A DNA stretch of 32,000 bases, from contig SUTG01000015.1 of assembly GCA_015063035.1 (NCBI GenBank), positions 8,389-40,388 on the forward strand, in the 5' to 3' direction. The notes beneath the pieces are model-generated. The model was not told where the DNA came from, made no database searches, and saw only the letters and a list, made by a program, of their open reading frames with translations. Both the position numbers and the translations under genes were made by a program. The stretch comes from Methanobrevibacter olleyae (GTDB lineage Archaea; Methanobacteriota; Methanobacteria; Methanobacteriales; Methanobacteriaceae). Positions 20,031-31,175 of the stretch are shown in pieces (within the stretch, counting starts at the first letter, position 1; each line of letters opens with the position of its first letter).

Positions 20031-20373
20031 AGTATCTACCTAATCTACGGATTCTAGATTCAATGATAGTTAATCCTCTTTTACCATGAAGGTCTTTTGG
20101 GTTTTCTTCTAAGTGATCTCTGATATTTACTGCTCTTCTGATTAAATTCATTAAATCTTCAGGGTACTCTTCAGCCTGACCGTTTCTTTTTAAGATTTGG
20201 GTAATTTTTTCACCAGTGACTTCTTTTACACTAGGAATACCGTATTGGTCTCTTAAAATTATTCCGATTTGACTTGCAGATTTGCCTTCTCTTTTGAATT
20301 TTACAATAAATTCTTCGATTTCTTCGTTACTGTATGCGATCCATTCTGGTCTTGCCATAAATATCCTCTCCAA
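19960..20373 (-). CDS. rpsO: 30S ribosomal protein S15 (archaeal)
   Basis: [45 protein letters not shown] ... [23 protein letters not shown]. The likely start is the internal MARPEW. Confidence 0.95.
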   Translation of the reverse strand: MERIFMARPEWIAYSNEEIEEFIVKFKREGKSASQIGIILRDQYGIPSVKEVTGEKITQILKRNGQAEEYPEDLMNLIRRAVNIRDHLEENPKDLHGKRGLTIIESRIRRLGRYYAKNGQLPEGWRYDPTKAALLVK

Positions 20374-20648
20374 TAAGTTTTTTGATTATTTATAGTAAGG
20401 TCCTTTGTAAAATAATTATTAATGAAAAATCGTCATTTAAAACCATTTAAAAACGATTTAATGACAATGATCATTTTAAAAAATTATTTTAAATTCGTTT
20501 TGAAAAAATCTTTAAAAAATTACCAAAGCATGACCTAAATAAAAACAATAAGTTTCAAATTTCATCAATTAAACTACGATAAAACAGCCAATCTTAGATA
20601 AAATTGCCCATTCTAATATTGGTTAATTAAAAAATATTTAAAAATTTA

Positions 20649-21206
20649 TTATTCATCATCTTGGTTTACATACCAATTGATAAATTTTTCTAAAGAATTT
20701 CTTCTATGTGAATACTGGTTCTTCTCTTCTGTAGTAAGTTCTCCAAAGGTCTTGCCATCTTCCTCTATTATGAATAAAGGGTCGTAAGCAAAACCAAGAT
20801 TGCCTCTTTCTTCAAAAGCTATTTGACCTTCGACACGCCCTAAAAAGACCTTGGGCTCAGAATTGGGTGTGCAATAGCCAATAACTGACCTGAATTCAGC
20901 GTATCGATCATCAACTCCATCCATAAGTTTTAATATGTTTTGGTTTCCAAGTGAATTCTGTACAAATTTCGAGTAAGTTCCTGGAAAACCATTTAAAGCT
21001 CTTATGAATAAACCAGCATCTTCAACAATCACAGAGCGATTTAACTCTTGGCAAGCATATTTAGCACCGAATCTTGCTACATCCTCAAGAGTTCCTTGAG
21101 GTTCCATGTAACCTAAATCAATATGCTCAAGTTCAACGCCAAAAAGTTTGAAAATATTCTCTGCTTCTATTACTTTATGTTCGTTCCCAGTTATAAATGT
21201 TATCAT
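20649..21206 (-). CDS. rdgB: XTP/dITP pyrophosphatase (RdgB/HAM1 family)
   Basis: 185 aa: [66 protein letters not shown]. Confidence 0.93.
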   Translation of the reverse strand: MITFITGNEHKVIEAENIFKLFGVELEHIDLGYMEPQGTLEDVARFGAKYACQELNRSVIVEDAGLFIRALNGFPGTYSKFVQNSLGNQNILKLMDGVDDRYAEFRSVIGYCTPNSEPKVFLGRVEGQIAFEERGNLGFAYDPLFIIEEDGKTFGELTTEEKNQYSHRRNSLEKFINWYVNQDDE

Positions 21207-21270
21207 AGTTTTTATTATATGAAAGGTTATTTAATTATTTATCTAAAAAATTTTAAGAAAGAATAGAAAA

Positions 21271-22244
21271 TCATTTAGAATTTTTTATTTCCAAAATCTT
21301 TTCTAGAGGAATATCTAAATCATTTGAGACCTCTTCAGGGCTATGATTCTCTAAAAGCTTAGAAATTAAAAAGTCTTCTCTTTCTTTAGCTTCTTTTCTA
21401 GCTTCTTCCCTAGCTTCTTTTTTACCTCTTTCTAAAGTTACTTCCTCAAACTGTTCCAAGCAATTAGCAATGATAGCCTCTTCTAGAACCTCTTCAAAAG
21501 GTCTTTGTACCAATTTTGACATATTTAACACTTCCATAATAAATTCCTTATTTTTTGAATCCCTAATCTTTCTTCCTAACCATAATTCTAAACATCTTTT
21601 TGCTATATCTAATAATGAATCATCAGCAATGATTTTACCAAATAATTCTAAAAGTTCTAATAGAAGACCTTCTATAGACAAATCATTGTAAAATGTTGGA
21701 AGCCAAATGAAATCTAAAATATCATAAACATCCCATTGTAAAATGTTGGAAGCCAAATGAAATCTAAAATATCATAAACATCCCATTCATCTTGATTGAA
21801 AGTTTTATGTTTCAGATTATTAAGTAAAATATTGCCATTGACTTCTTGTGTAATAAACCACATAGGACTGAAAAACATTAAATCATTTAAACTATGCACT
21901 TTATTTACTGGCAATTTGCCAGTGTAAAAAATAAAGGGATCGACTTTCTTTTTAGAAGCCTTATGCAAACTTACACAATAACTATAATCTCTCCTCATTA
22001 AATAATCATTTATAGAGGAGTGATGTTCTATATTTATTAAATTCCCATTAGACCTTTCTCTTACAGAATCTAAATTTAGATTCTCAAATGAAGATGAGAT
22101 AACTCTATTATCATATTTATTAAAATTATCTGAAATTTTAGTGATGTAATTTGGAAATTCTTCAATTTCAGACATGCAAATAACAAATATTTCATCTTCA
22201 ATATCATATCTAAAGGGAATATGAAACTTTTTATCTTTTAGCAT
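21271..22244 (-). pseudogene. Rpn/transposase_31-like protein gene split into two ORFs (21714-22244 and 21271-21756) by a 50-bp tandem duplication
   Basis: Both ORFs contain the same peptide WDVYDILDFIWLPTFYN. Removing one 50-bp copy gives 974-50=924 nt, i.e. 307 aa plus stop in a single frame. The NIEHHSSIN motif and C-terminal KKEAREEARKEAKE are typical of the family. Confidence 0.85.
21684..21783. repeat. Perfect 50-bp direct tandem duplication (21684-21733 and 21734-21783)
   Basis: cattgtaaaatgttggaagccaaatgaaatctaaaatatcataaacatcc occurs twice back to back with no mismatch. Confidence 0.97.
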
Positions 22245-22615
22245 AATATCAAACCATGTGAATTATTCCCCCTAAAAAATAAAAACCTTTCTCAACCATA
22301 GCTAATAAATAAAAAACTCAATAACCATTAACACCTAAAAATCGTTAAGAATTTTATTTTCATTTTTTTGAATAACACATATCCCTAAAAAATGTGTAAT
22401 GTAATATTTAATTTAATAAAAAAGATATATAAATCTTTCTTTTTAAGAATAAACATCAATTTATTATAATATTGCTTTAATATTGAAAAATTATAGTCAA
22501 AATCAAAAATTAGTTTAATATAGTAAACTATACATAAAAATAAGCATTTTAAAAATGAAAAAATTATAAAATTTTTGATTGGATAAATCAATAGAACAAA
22601 AATAATAGAGAAATT

Positions 22616-24295
<1,680 letters not shown>

Positions 24296-24453
24296 TCAGT
24301 TTATAATAAGTATATTAACATACATTTATATAATTTTTATCAATAATATATTTATAGAACAAAGTTAATTAATTTAATCAAGAAATGACAATAACTTTAA
24401 ATTAATTTAATCAAGAATGCTTTAAAAAAATTAATTAAATTCAAGATGATAAA

Positions 24454-25518
24454 ATGATAGAAGGATTGAAAACTTACGGATCAGACAAACTTGTAAAAGA
24501 ATTGCCAGCCTTGAAAAACCCTATTTTTATTTGTACAATAGCTACAACTGAAACCTCTAGGATTCCAGGCCTCACTGGTGCTGGAGCTACTCCAGAACTT
24601 ACCAAATACACCCCTGCTGGAGATGCAGAGCTTATTTTGGATGGGGAAGTCAAATGTATGACAGACATCCCTCAAACAATCATTGGAGAAGTTGTAACTC
24701 CTACTCCATCAATGATTACAAAAGGTTCCCTTGCACTTTGTGACTGTCCGGTTATGGTATTGGATGCAGGAAGTGAAATCAAGGCAAACTCTGACGTCTT
24801 TGACATAAGCGAAGGAAAGCATGGGAAAGACATTAGAACAGGTGAAGCTGTGGAAGACCCTGAAGGGCTTTTTGAAAAGGGATTTGAGCTTGCTGAAATA
24901 TTATCTGAAAATCATGACTACATTGTAATCGGTGAAAGTCTCCCTGCAGGTACAACCACTGCTCTTGGAGTATTGGTCGGACTTGGCTATGATGCAAAAG
25001 GAAAAGTCAGCGGTTGCATGGACACAAATCCTCATGAAATGAAAAACGCTATTGTTGAAGAGGGATTGAAAAACGCAGGATTGGAAGAATCCAAAGACAA
25101 CAATCCTTTTGATGTGGTGAGGGCTGTTGGAGACCCTATGCTTCCAGCAGTTGCAGGAGTCCTTATGGGTGCGAAAGTTCCTGTCGTATTGGCTGGAGGA
25201 ACTCAGCTCACAGCTGCATGTGCAATTGCAAAGGCATTGGATCCAGACTTTGACTTCTCAAACAGTTGCCTTGCAACAACTGCATTTGTAGTGAAGGATA
25301 ACACTGCTGACATGCTTAACATTGTAGAGCAAATAGGGGATATCACTGTATATGCTGTAGACCCTAACTTTGAAATTTCCCGTGTCGAAGGGCTTAAGAA
25401 CTATACACAAGGTTTCATCAAGGAAGGGGCTGGAGCTGGAGGCGCTATGTTCTTGGCTCTTATGCTTGGAAATTGCATTGATGAAATCAGGGAATCCATT
25501 GAAGATGCATGCAGTTAA
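24454..25518 (+). CDS. CobT-like nicotinate-nucleotide phosphoribosyltransferase family protein (archaeal cobamide pathway)
   Basis: 354 aa: TTETSRIPGLTGAGATPELTKYTPAGDAE, VIGESLPAGTTTALGVLVGLGYDAKGKVS, VLAGGTQLTAACAIAKAL, GAGAGGAMFLAL. Confidence 0.85.
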   Translation: MIEGLKTYGSDKLVKELPALKNPIFICTIATTETSRIPGLTGAGATPELTKYTPAGDAELILDGEVKCMTDIPQTIIGEVVTPTPSMITKGSLALCDCPVMVLDAGSEIKANSDVFDISEGKHGKDIRTGEAVEDPEGLFEKGFELAEILSENHDYIVIGESLPAGTTTALGVLVGLGYDAKGKVSGCMDTNPHEMKNAIVEEGLKNAGLEESKDNNPFDVVRAVGDPMLPAVAGVLMGAKVPVVLAGGTQLTAACAIAKALDPDFDFSNSCLATTAFVVKDNTADMLNIVEQIGDITVYAVDPNFEISRVEGLKNYTQGFIKEGAGAGGAMFLALMLGNCIDEIRESIEDACS

Positions 25519-25546
25519 ATTATTAATTTAATTTAACTATATTTTT

Positions 25547-25672
25547 TTAAAAGAAGTAATCATTCGTAACAATTAAAACATTATCAATGCTTCTAAAAGA
25601 AGTAGTCATTATAACTGATAAAACATTACCCATATTTCTTAAAAGAAGTAATCATTCGTAACAATTAAAACA
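25547..25672. repeat. Three direct copies of a 34-bp element (25547-25580, 25592-25625 diverged, 25639-25672) separated by 11 and 13 bp
   Basis: ttaaaagaagtaatcattcgtaacaattaaaaca is identical in copies 1 and 3. Copy 2 is tctaaaagaagtagtcattataactgataaaaca (register shifted by small differences). Confidence 0.9.
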
Positions 25673-25766
25673 GATGTGAAAAATCTAAAAATGAATTTAA
25701 AAAGAGAAAATGGTCATAAAAAATAGAAAAAATAGATTTAAGAAAAATAGAAAAAGAGAAATAGAT

Positions 25767-25964
25767 TTATTCTTGAATAGAAATAAATGCTATTTTTCCG
25801 CCTTTGATAACTTTCAATCCTTCACCATCATCCAACACTAAGTTTAAAAAGTTATCAATGGTAATTATTTTTCCTTCTACTTCTTCCCAGTTTTTTAAAC
25901 CAATAAGAACATCTTTGCCTTTGAATCTAGCAAATTGTTTATTTACTTGGAAATTGTCACTCAT
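25767..25964 (-). CDS. Small Sm/Lsm-like protein
   Basis: 65 aa: FARFKGKDVLIGLKNWEEVEGKIITIDNFLNLVLDDGEGLKVIKGGKIAFISI resembles the Sm1/Sm2 fold pattern (G+hI..D.hhNhhL). Confidence 0.6.
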   Translation of the reverse strand: MSDNFQVNKQFARFKGKDVLIGLKNWEEVEGKIITIDNFLNLVLDDGEGLKVIKGGKIAFISIQE

Positions 25965-26073
25965 TATATAGCCTCATAAAATTATAAAAATTAAATAATA
26001 ATATACGTAACATATTATTTATTCTTAATATCTTATAAACTTATTTAATGAACTGAATAAAAATCATCAAAAT

Positions 26074-26220
26074 TTAATTCAAGTTTAATTCATTTAAAAT
26101 TTTATCTCTTTCTTTTCTAAGCTCTTTTAAAAGCTTTTCGTCATTACAGCCTTCTTTTTCCAATTTTGCTAAAGTGTGTGTAACAGCTTGCAATGTAGCT
26201 TCAAGTTGATTTACAGACAT
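26074..26220 (-). CDS. Small conserved-looking ORF, 48 aa, helical/charged, not in the supplied ORF track
   Basis: ATG at 26218-26220 preceded by a strong RBS (taaggagataaaatATG). Translation MSVNQLEATLQAVTHTLAKLEKEGCNDEKLLKELRKERDKILNELNLN. Confidence 0.7.
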   Translation of the reverse strand: MSVNQLEATLQAVTHTLAKLEKEGCNDEKLLKELRKERDKILNELNLN

Positions 26221-26391
26221 ATTTTATCTCCTTAAATTTTTTTCAAATTGAATTTCAATTAATGTTTAATTATAATTAATCTTATTATGTATCTTATATT
26301 ATATATTGTTTGTGTATTATGAAATAAAATTTAAATTCTGATTTTGATTTGAATCGATTGAAAATAAAAAATCAAAAACCCAAAATTTTGA

Positions 26392-27183
26392 TTACTTGCC
26401 ATACCAATCCTTTAAGGCATCCAAGTCATGAGCCATATCCAATATCAAAGGAGTCAATGTAGGCACATTCTCCTCTAAAAGGACATAATCATCACTGTCT
26501 TTAGGATTTCCTTCGTAAAAAACGCCGTCAATCCAATAATAAGGTCTTCCCCTTGGGTCTATACGCATTTCAACAACAGGCTCATACATTCTTGTAGCCA
26601 ATGGACATATTTTAGGTTCATAGGAATCAGGATCAGCTGGAACATTCAAGTTCAATATGTCAGCCCCATCTGGAAATCCATTGTCAATGACCTTTTGGAT
26701 AAGTTCCCTTAAGACCTTTTGACTTGATGAAAAATCAATTTCAATATGGCCCTCATCAAACTTTATATTGTCATCAGGAGTGTGCTGGCTCACTGCAATT
26801 GTAGGAATTCCAAGTGAAGCCGCCTCTGTTGCAGCGCCAATTGTACCAGATGTGGATAGTTCTCCTTTACCTGTGTTTCTACCAGTGTTGATGCCAGAAA
26901 TCACCAAATCCGGCCAATCATCCATTATTTCATAAATGCCTATGGTCACTGCATCTGTAGGAGTTCCAGTCACTCCATATCCAATGTCCCCATCTCTCAA
27001 ATAGACTTCATTCACCCTGATAGGTTCAACGAGAGTCAATGCATGACCGATTCCGCTTTGCTGTTTAGAAGGTGCAACCACACAAGTTTCTCCAAACTCA
27101 TCAGCCACTTGCTTAGCCGCTAAAATTCCTGATGCGTCTACACCATCATCATTAGATAATAAAATTTTCATATGAATCAACAA
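26392..27183 (-). CDS. surE: 5'/3'-nucleotidase SurE
   Basis: MKILLSNDDGVDASGILAAKQVADEFGETCVVAPSKQQSGIGHALTL and VISGINTGRNTGKGELSTSGTIGAATEAA. The likely start is ATG 27171. Confidence 0.95.
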   Translation of the reverse strand: MLIHMKILLSNDDGVDASGILAAKQVADEFGETCVVAPSKQQSGIGHALTLVEPIRVNEVYLRDGDIGYGVTGTPTDAVTIGIYEIMDDWPDLVISGINTGRNTGKGELSTSGTIGAATEAASLGIPTIAVSQHTPDDNIKFDEGHIEIDFSSSQKVLRELIQKVIDNGFPDGADILNLNVPADPDSYEPKICPLATRMYEPVVEMRIDPRGRPYYWIDGVFYEGNPKDSDDYVLLEENVPTLTPLILDMAHDLDALKDWYGK

Positions 27184-27285
27184 ACAATAAAAATTAGAAA
27201 ATATCGATTGAATAAATTTCCCCTAGAATTTAAAATGTGAAAGAATAAAAAAAGAAGCTAATTTAAAAAAACATTAGCTCTAAGA

Positions 27286-27984
27286 TTATTTATTTGCAGA
27301 AATCAATCTTCTGGCCGCTCTCATATCATTGCTGTATATGTGGCCGGAAGTGGAATGGTAATGAAGACCGCCAAAGTTTAGTTTATCCCCCATTATTTCC
27401 TTATTGACTTCCTCTTTCATTTTGATTCCAATATATGTTATGAAGAACATGTTGGAATAAAATGCTCCAAAAATGTCATTGGAACGGAAGAAGCAGTGAA
27501 TGGTTAATTCTCCATCCCTAACAAGAATCTGCAAGACTTGCAAGCATGGAATGTCTTCCCTATCCCCATCCAATGCAGGGTCAATTGTAACTGCCACTGC
27601 ACGATTACTTCCTGTAGCTGTTAGGATTCTTTGCTTCATGGTTTCAAATTGGTCTACACCAAAATGTTCCAAGATACGATTAGGATAAGTGTAAACAAAA
27701 CCTTGATCATCCCTTATTTCAAAGGATTTGACATATTCATACAATGCATCTCCCTTGATAGGACATGAAGGAATATCAAATTTTCCGCTTTTAATCTCTT
27801 CCAACATCAATTCAGGAGTCATGTGTTGATATTTAGCCCTGAATTTTAAATCCAATGGATCATCAATATAATAATAATTACCAAGACTTTCCTTTAAATG
27901 ATGATCGCTATCCTTATATGTTTCCTTTCCTTCTTTTAAGATTTTATCAACAAAATCCAAGTAACATTGACCAATAGATAACAT
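27286..27984 (-). CDS. thyA: Archaeal-type thymidylate synthase
   Basis: 232 aa with the catalytic-Cys context DIPCLQVLQILVRDGELTIHCFFRSNDIFGAFYSN and FGGLHYHSTSGHIY. Confidence 0.85.
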   Translation of the reverse strand: MLSIGQCYLDFVDKILKEGKETYKDSDHHLKESLGNYYYIDDPLDLKFRAKYQHMTPELMLEEIKSGKFDIPSCPIKGDALYEYVKSFEIRDDQGFVYTYPNRILEHFGVDQFETMKQRILTATGSNRAVAVTIDPALDGDREDIPCLQVLQILVRDGELTIHCFFRSNDIFGAFYSNMFFITYIGIKMKEEVNKEIMGDKLNFGGLHYHSTSGHIYSNDMRAARRLISANK

Positions 27985-28212
27985 AATAAACGATTCCTTA
28001 AAATTATAATTAAAAATAATCTAAATCTTTTAAAAAATTCAATAGTTTTTTAGATTATATAACTAATATTAGTATATATTTTCATGATTATAAATATTAT
28101 GAAAAAATTTGAAAAAATTATAAAAATTCATTAATTTAGAGAAAATTTTGATAAAAATTATATATTGAGAAAATATAAATATATTATATTAAAATTAAGA
28201 TAAGGTGAAACC

Positions 28213-29346
28213 GTGGAAAAGCCACAATTAGTGAATTTTATTGCTAAAGTTCTTGAGGATTCTGGCTTTAAAGTTTATAAAAATTTTAAGACATCCCAAC
28301 AGGTTGTAGACATTTATGCAATCCTTCAAACATCCATGGGGGATTTTGGTTTAGTGGTTGCATGTAAAAACTATGATAAGGATTGGGAAGTAGGAATCGA
28401 TGTTTTAAAGGAAATGGAAGTGCTCGGTAAAAAGCTTAGAGCTTCCAAGGTTGCTGTTGTAACCAGTTCCGGTTTTTCATCTCAAGCAAAAAGATATGCT
28501 GAAGAGAGGAAGATAAAGCTTATAGACAGAAACAACCTTGTCACTTTAGCTAAAAAATATTCAAATAAAAACAAGGAAACTAAGGCAAGATTAGACCGTG
28601 GAGCAAACAGATTAACAGACATTGATAGCGATTCATTCTATCATAGAGATGTTAGCAGAGAATATATTGACAATACATCAAATTATAATAGCGAATATGA
28701 TGATGACAAGTCATATAACAGGCTTCAAGGTGCTTATGAAACTTATGAGGAATTCTCTGAAGACATGGAATATTACGAGGATGAAGTTGGCGGATTGGAA
28801 TTGAGTCATTACAGTGAATATGATGATGACCTTTACCGTGCCGAGTTCTTAAATAAAACTCCTAGAGACAACTATTCCGGCCCAAGTGCTACACTATTTG
28901 CAAATCGTCAGCAACAAACTCAAAGAAGGAGAAGCGTACCTTCCCTTTCAGGAAATAGAAGAGCCGGATCTCTTAGCCAAAGAAGCAATAGGCCTACAAA
29001 CAATCATAGCTTCTTCTCATCTTCTGATAATGCCTTAAGTAATTTTGGCGGACATGTCCCTCAAAAGCCAAGCAAGCCATGGGGAGAGATTATAAAACCT
29101 ATATTAAGCAACCCTATAGCATCTGTTGCTGTGGTAGTCATTATTTCATATTTAATTGGATTTATCCTTGGAAAAATAATAAAAGTGCCTACAGGATACT
29201 TAGGTATTGCTGAACTATTTATGGCATTGATATTGTCTTATGGCATTGTATTGTATTCAGACAAAGAAGCGGATGTTATAGTGAAAGGATCAATCGTGTT
29301 CTTTATCTCATTAGTGATAATCATGATATTGATTGTTGCTTTCTAG
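28213..29346 (+). CDS. Mrr/restriction-endonuclease-like domain protein with disordered middle and three C-terminal transmembrane helices
   Basis: 377 aa, GTG start with upstream taaggtga. N-terminal QLVNFIAKVLEDSGFKVYKNFKTSQQVVDIYAI...LVVACKNYDKDWEVGIDVLKEMEVLGKKLRASKVAVVTSSGFSSQAKRYAEERKIKLIDR. C-terminus has hydrophobic segments SVAVVVIISYLIGFILG, GIAELFMALILSYGIVLY and GSIVFFISLVIIMILIVAF. Confidence 0.75.
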   Translation: MEKPQLVNFIAKVLEDSGFKVYKNFKTSQQVVDIYAILQTSMGDFGLVVACKNYDKDWEVGIDVLKEMEVLGKKLRASKVAVVTSSGFSSQAKRYAEERKIKLIDRNNLVTLAKKYSNKNKETKARLDRGANRLTDIDSDSFYHRDVSREYIDNTSNYNSEYDDDKSYNRLQGAYETYEEFSEDMEYYEDEVGGLELSHYSEYDDDLYRAEFLNKTPRDNYSGPSATLFANRQQQTQRRRSVPSLSGNRRAGSLSQRSNRPTNNHSFFSSSDNALSNFGGHVPQKPSKPWGEIIKPILSNPIASVAVVVIISYLIGFILGKIIKVPTGYLGIAELFMALILSYGIVLYSDKEADVIVKGSIVFFISLVIIMILIVAF

Positions 29347-29547
29347 ATTAGTGCTTTTACACAAAAAGAGTTTCAACCAAATCTTAATTTAATTTTTAAA
29401 CCACCATTTTTTCTTTTTTTTTATTCATTTTAATTCTATTTAAAAATACTTTTTTTATATTTTTTCTTAACAGATTTTTAAATTTAGTTTTTTAAAAAAA
29501 AATATTATTCTATAATCAACGAACTGATTAATGGAAATTAAAAATAA

Positions 29548-29641
29548 CTGATTTAAGAAAAAAATGAATGAAAAAATATTGAAAATAAAAATAGCTGATT
29601 TAAGAAAAAAATGAATGAAGAAATATTGAAAATAAAAAAAA
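29548..29641. repeat. Two tandem copies of a 47-bp unit (about 45/47 identical) beside the tRNA-Val gene
   Basis: ctgatttaagaaaaaaatgaatgaaaaaatattgaaaataaaaatag followed by ctgatttaagaaaaaaatgaatgaagaaatattgaaaataaaaaaag. Confidence 0.9.
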
Positions 29642-29650
29642 GTTGAGAAG

Positions 29651-29722
29651 TGGTTCCGACGAGATTCGAACTCGTGATCCTCTCGTTGTAAGCGAGATAT
29701 CATACCCCTAGACCACGGAACC
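29651..29722 (-). tRNA. tRNA-Val (anticodon UAC)
   Basis: Minus strand ggttccgtggtctaggggtatgatatctcgcttacaacgagaggatcacgagttcgaatctcgtcggaacca: 7-bp acceptor, anticodon stem TCTCG/CGAGA with loop CTTACAA, GTTCGAATC T-loop, no encoded CCA. Confidence 0.93.
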
Positions 29723-29783
29723 AATGCAAAAAATAGAATTAAAGTTTTTTTAAAAAAATTAATTCAAAAAATAAAGAATAGAG

Positions 29784-29855
29784 TGGTTCCGACGAGATTC
29801 GAACTCGTGATCCTCTCGTTGTAAGCGAGATATCATACCCCTAGACCACGGAACC
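29784..29855 (-). tRNA. tRNA-Val (anticodon UAC), second identical copy
   Basis: Identical 72-nt sequence to the 29651-29722 copy, separated from it by 61 bp. Confidence 0.93.
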
Positions 29856-30059
29856 ATACTACATAATAAATATTGTTAACATCTTATTTAAAACTTTCGA
29901 TGGAGAAGATTTAAAATAAAAATCTTTGGTTTAATCTTAAAAAAATAAGAGATAAATGAATAAAATGCAAAAATATCTAATGAAAAATCTTTAAAATAAG
30001 CAATATATTTAAAATATAAAAAATAAATAGTTAATAAAGGAATTATTTTTAAAAACCTT

Positions 30060-30085
30060 TTAATCAGGCACTAGGTGCCGATTAA
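30060..30085 (+). promoter_or_regulatory. Stem-loop/dyad in the leader of ilvE
   Basis: ttaatc-a-ggcac-tag-gtgcc-gattaa: an 11-bp stem with one bulged A and a 3-nt loop, 83 nt upstream of the ATG at 30168. Confidence 0.6.
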
Positions 30086-30167
30086 CCAAACAATTCTTAT
30101 AATTAACTACATTGACATAAAATTTGACATTGAAGAAATACTTTTAAAAAAACAAAAAGGTGAAAAT

Positions 30168-31091
30168 ATGGCATTTGATGAAAATTTAAAAGTTTGGATG
30201 GATGGAGAATTCGTAGCATTAAAAGATGCTAAAATCAGCGTTCTCTCTCACGTAGTCCACTATGGAACTGCAGTATTCGAAGGTATAAGATGTTATGAAA
30301 CTGAAAATGGACCTGCTGTATTCCGTTTAAAAGAACACGTACAAAGATTATTTGATTCCGCTAAAATTTACAAGATGGACATTCCATTTACTCAAGAAGA
30401 AATCTGTGATGCAATCATAGCAACCATTAAGGAAAACAACTTAAAAGGCTGTTACATCAGACCAATCACTTTCAGAGGCTTTGGCGAATTAGGTGTAAAC
30501 CCATTAAACTGTCCTGTAAACACCACCATTGCGGTCTGGGAATGGGGAGCATACATTGGAGAAGAGGAAATGGAACAAGGTGCAAACATCGGCATTTCCA
30601 CTTGGAGAAAACCTGCACCAGGAACATTGCCTGTTCTTGCAAAAGCTGCAGCTAACTACATGAACTCCCAACTTGCAAACTTGGAAGCAGGAGAACATGG
30701 ATACGATGAGGCTATCCAATTGGATTATCACGGACATGTTGCAGAAGGTAGTGGAGAAAACATTTTCATCGTTGAAGATGGCAAACTCATCACTCCAGAC
30801 TTAGGTTCTTCCATCCTTAGAGGAATTACCAGAGACAGCATCATGACCATTGCAAAGGACTTAGGCTATGAAGTCTCTGAAGAAACCATCTCCAGAGAAA
30901 GATTATACTTAGCTGATGAAGTGTTCTTCACTGGAAGTGCAGCAGAAGTCACTCCAATTCGTGCAATCGACAACAGGCAAATCGGAATTGGATCCAGAGG
31001 CCCTGTAACTAAAGAATTGCAGGAAAAATACTTCGATGCAGTATATGGAAGATCTGAAGACATTCATAATTGGTTAACTTATGTCGAATAG
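30168..31091 (+). CDS. ilvE: Branched-chain amino acid aminotransferase
   Basis: [65 protein letters not shown] and [35 protein letters not shown] preceded by aaaaggtgaaaat. The track ORF opens earlier, at 30075. Confidence 0.95.
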   Translation: MAFDENLKVWMDGEFVALKDAKISVLSHVVHYGTAVFEGIRCYETENGPAVFRLKEHVQRLFDSAKIYKMDIPFTQEEICDAIIATIKENNLKGCYIRPITFRGFGELGVNPLNCPVNTTIAVWEWGAYIGEEEMEQGANIGISTWRKPAPGTLPVLAKAAANYMNSQLANLEAGEHGYDEAIQLDYHGHVAEGSGENIFIVEDGKLITPDLGSSILRGITRDSIMTIAKDLGYEVSEETISRERLYLADEVFFTGSAAEVTPIRAIDNRQIGIGSRGPVTKELQEKYFDAVYGRSEDIHNWLTYVE

Positions 31092-31175
31092 ACATGAGTT
31101 AATTAAATTTTTTTTAAAGCTTTTTAAAACTTAACTAATTAAAAATTTTTATAAAAAACTAAACGAGTTGAAATA

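Noticed and set aside
22385-22591. 68-aa hydrophobic minus-strand ORF
   Set aside because: Extremely AT-rich Lys/Ile/Phe-rich translation with no recognised domain and no clear ribosome-binding site. Likely chance ORF.
25547-25672. Possible CRISPR array
   Set aside because: Only three copies, one diverged, with 11-13 bp spacers, far shorter than real CRISPR spacers. No cas genes in the window.
29467-29724. 85-aa minus-strand ORF
   Set aside because: It overlaps the tRNA-Val gene completely at its 5' end, and the rest is low-complexity Phe/Ile/Lys translation.
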